Shown here in pieces: positions 16,290 to 17,672 of a stretch of DNA of 17,672 bases. The stretch comes from Myxococcota bacterium (GTDB lineage: Bacteria; Myxococcota; Kuafuiibacteriia; Kuafuiibacteriales; Kuafuiibacteriaceae): contig JANQQN010000221.1 of assembly GCA_028289325.1 (NCBI GenBank), positions 1-17,672 on the forward strand. Reading direction: 5' to 3'. The notes under the pieces are model-generated. The model ran no database searches. It was given only the letters and a program-made list of their open reading frames with translations, and was not told where the DNA came from. Each line of letters starts with the position of its first letter. Position 1 is the first letter of the stretch. Made by a program: the position numbers and the translations under genes.

Positions 16290-17324
16290 TCACTCGTGGC
16301 ACAGCCGACACGGCAGGTCGGTTCGAGCATTGCGCGGGCTGGACCAGCCCGGTGGATGAACGCTGCCCCCGACGCCGCCGACGCGGTGGCAGTCGACGCA
16401 TAGCTGCTCTCCGGCCCCGCTGTGACAGCTTGCGCAGCTGACCGGGTCTCTTCGCGCCGCCGGGCCGTGGGCGTTGCCGCCGGGCGTCGCGCTGACCCAG
16501 CCCGGCGGATGAGGGTTGAACCTCGCGGTGGCGCCAGCGAGCCCGTTTTCGACGTGGCACTGCTGACAGCTCGCCTCGGAGTGGCAGGTGACGCACAGGC
16601 CGCGGTCCGCCGCCGCCTCTCGCGCGTGCCGGCTGCGGAAGCCGGCTCGATGCAGGCCGGACAGCGAGGGGGTCGCGAAGTCCCGTCGCTGGGGCAGGAT
16701 CGCGACGTTGACCCCATGGCAGCTCGCGCATTGCGCTTGGGTATGGCAGGTCTCGCACAGGGCGCGGCTGTTGGCGGCGTCGGTGCTGTGTCGCTGCACG
16801 TAGTCTTCCTCGTGGACGAGGTGAGAGACGGGACGGGTGTGCTCCGTTTCGAGGTTCTGGTGGCAATCGTCGCAGTCGGCGAGCTCGAAAGAGTCCTTGT
16901 GTTCGTGGCACGACAAACACGCGGCCATCCGGGGCAGGAGGGTGTGTTCGTCTTGTTTCACGTCTTGATGGCACCGCGCGCAGTTGCCCGATACCTCGGG
17001 CAGGTGGATGGCGTGTTGAAAGCGAAGGTAACGCTTGGCCATCGATAGGCGGGTGGGCGTGAAATCGAGGCCGTGACACCCACGGCAGGGTCGCTCATCG
17101 TGGGGCTCTTCGTGGCACTCCCGACAGCTATCGTTGTCGGGCATGTGTAGCGGACCGTCTTCGCCGGCCTCCAGGATGCCCTCGTGGCAGGTCGTGCACG
17201 CGATGCCCTCCAGGACGTGGGCGCGGTGCTCGAAGGGGTGGTCGGTGTCCGTGCGCAGACCGAGCACCCGCGCGCAAGCCACGACCAAGATCAGCGTCAG
17301 CGCGATGATGGTGAACCGAATCAT
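16290..17324 (-). CDS. Periplasmic multiheme c-type cytochrome, 13 CXXCH motifs
   Basis: Start chosen at Met preceding the signal peptide/anchor MIRFTIIALTLILVVACARV. Motifs are CTTCH, CRECH, CRGCH, CARCH, CLSCH, CDDCH, CETCH, CASCH, CVTCH, CQQCH, CASCH, CVDCH, CRLCH. The upstream in-frame extension is Arg/Gly-rich and overlapped by a protein-like frame. Confidence 0.8.
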   Translation of the reverse strand: MIRFTIIALTLILVVACARVLGLRTDTDHPFEHRAHVLEGIACTTCHEGILEAGEDGPLHMPDNDSCRECHEEPHDERPCRGCHGLDFTPTRLSMAKRYLRFQHAIHLPEVSGNCARCHQDVKQDEHTLLPRMAACLSCHEHKDSFELADCDDCHQNLETEHTRPVSHLVHEEDYVQRHSTDAANSRALCETCHTQAQCASCHGVNVAILPQRRDFATPSLSGLHRAGFRSRHAREAAADRGLCVTCHSEASCQQCHVENGLAGATARFNPHPPGWVSATPGGNAHGPAARRDPVSCASCHSGAGEQLCVDCHRVGGVGGSVHPPGWSSPRNARTDLPCRLCHE

Positions 17325-17672
17325 AACGCCCCCCACAGCCAGGTGACCCGGAGCAGACCGTCGAGCGCACCCTCGAGCTCCGAGGTCGCGCTCCCTTCGA
17401 TCGCCACCGCGATGATCCATGCTTCGCTCGGTCGGTAGTCGACGGCGATCAGGCCCCACGGCCACCACTCGCCCCGCTGGGGCGCCGGCGCCAGCGCGTT
17501 GGTGGTCTGGACGATGGTCGTCTCGTCGTCGAGGTCGTTGGCCTGATCTGGTCGGACGACCTCCGCCTCCGCCGATAGCGTCCACGCTTGGGTGACGCGC
17601 CACCGAAACGCGAGCCGGGCCCCGGTAAACGCGATGTCCGAGGGGCCCCCGTACCTCGACAGCTGGCCCGAC
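17321..17672 (-). CDS. C-terminal part of a probable outer-membrane beta-barrel (porin-like) protein, 5' end outside window
   Basis: Minus-strand frame ending at TGA 17323-17321 translates to ...IAFTGARLAFRWRVTQAWTLSAEAEVVRPDQANDLDDETTIVQTTNALAPAPQRGEWWPWGLIAVDYRPSEAWIIAVAIEGSATSELEGALDGLLRVTWLWGAL*. It shows alternating hydrophobic/polar beta-strand patterning with aromatic girdle residues (W/Y/F). Its stop overlaps the downstream cytochrome ATG (ATGA). Confidence 0.45.
   Translation of the reverse strand, partial: SGQLSRYGGPSDIAFTGARLAFRWRVTQAWTLSAEAEVVRPDQANDLDDETTIVQTTNALAPAPQRGEWWPWGLIAVDYRPSEAWIIAVAIEGSATSELEGALDGLLRVTWLWGAL

Noticed and set aside
17325-17603. In-frame 93-aa N-terminal extension of the 13-haem cytochrome ORF
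   Set aside because: The extension is Arg/Gly/Asp-rich with no signal peptide. A different frame over the same DNA encodes a protein-like beta-barrel C-terminus ending exactly at the cytochrome ATG. The Met at 17324 precedes a proper signal sequence.
1-17672. Search for mobile elements, CRISPR arrays, rRNA/tRNA genes
   Set aside because: No transposase/integrase-like ORFs, no regularly spaced direct repeats, and no rRNA-like or cloverleaf segments were seen. Essentially all sequence is accounted for by protein-coding genes.

Overview
High-GC (~70%) bacterial chromosomal window. OM lipoproteins, a beta-barrel C-terminus and multiheme cytochromes indicate a Gram-negative host, possibly a deltaproteobacterium/myxobacterium-like metal respirer. 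It is densely coding with 14 genes. On the minus strand, positions 1-593 hold the N-terminal ~197 codons of a Zn-dependent alcohol dehydrogenase. The plus strand then carries an RNase J-like MBL/beta-CASP hydrolase, an SGLT-like Na+/solute symporter, and an 838-aa bacterial homologue of the eukaryotic Major Vault Protein (MVP repeats, shoulder domain and cap-helix coiled coil all recognisable). Next come a divergent cupin/AraC pair, a DUF1203 gene that looks frameshifted at a T-run, a DUF885 lipoprotein, a Cys-rich secreted hypothetical and a second (PutP-like) symporter. The 3' third (12367-17672, minus strand) is a translationally coupled operon. It encodes a beta-barrel OMP (partial), a 13-heme periplasmic cytochrome c, a 25-heme lipoprotein cytochrome c with one atypical CX3CH site, and an 11-heme cytochrome c fused to a HydC/FdnI-type dihaem cytochrome b (CbcL-like). 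Together these form a complete quinol-to-cell-surface electron conduit in one operon. No rRNA, tRNA, CRISPR or mobile elements were seen. The two stand-out observations are the bacterial vault-protein homologue and the fused porin-cytochrome/CbcL-like conduit operon. Long antisense ORFs in the six-frame track are GC-skew artefacts.
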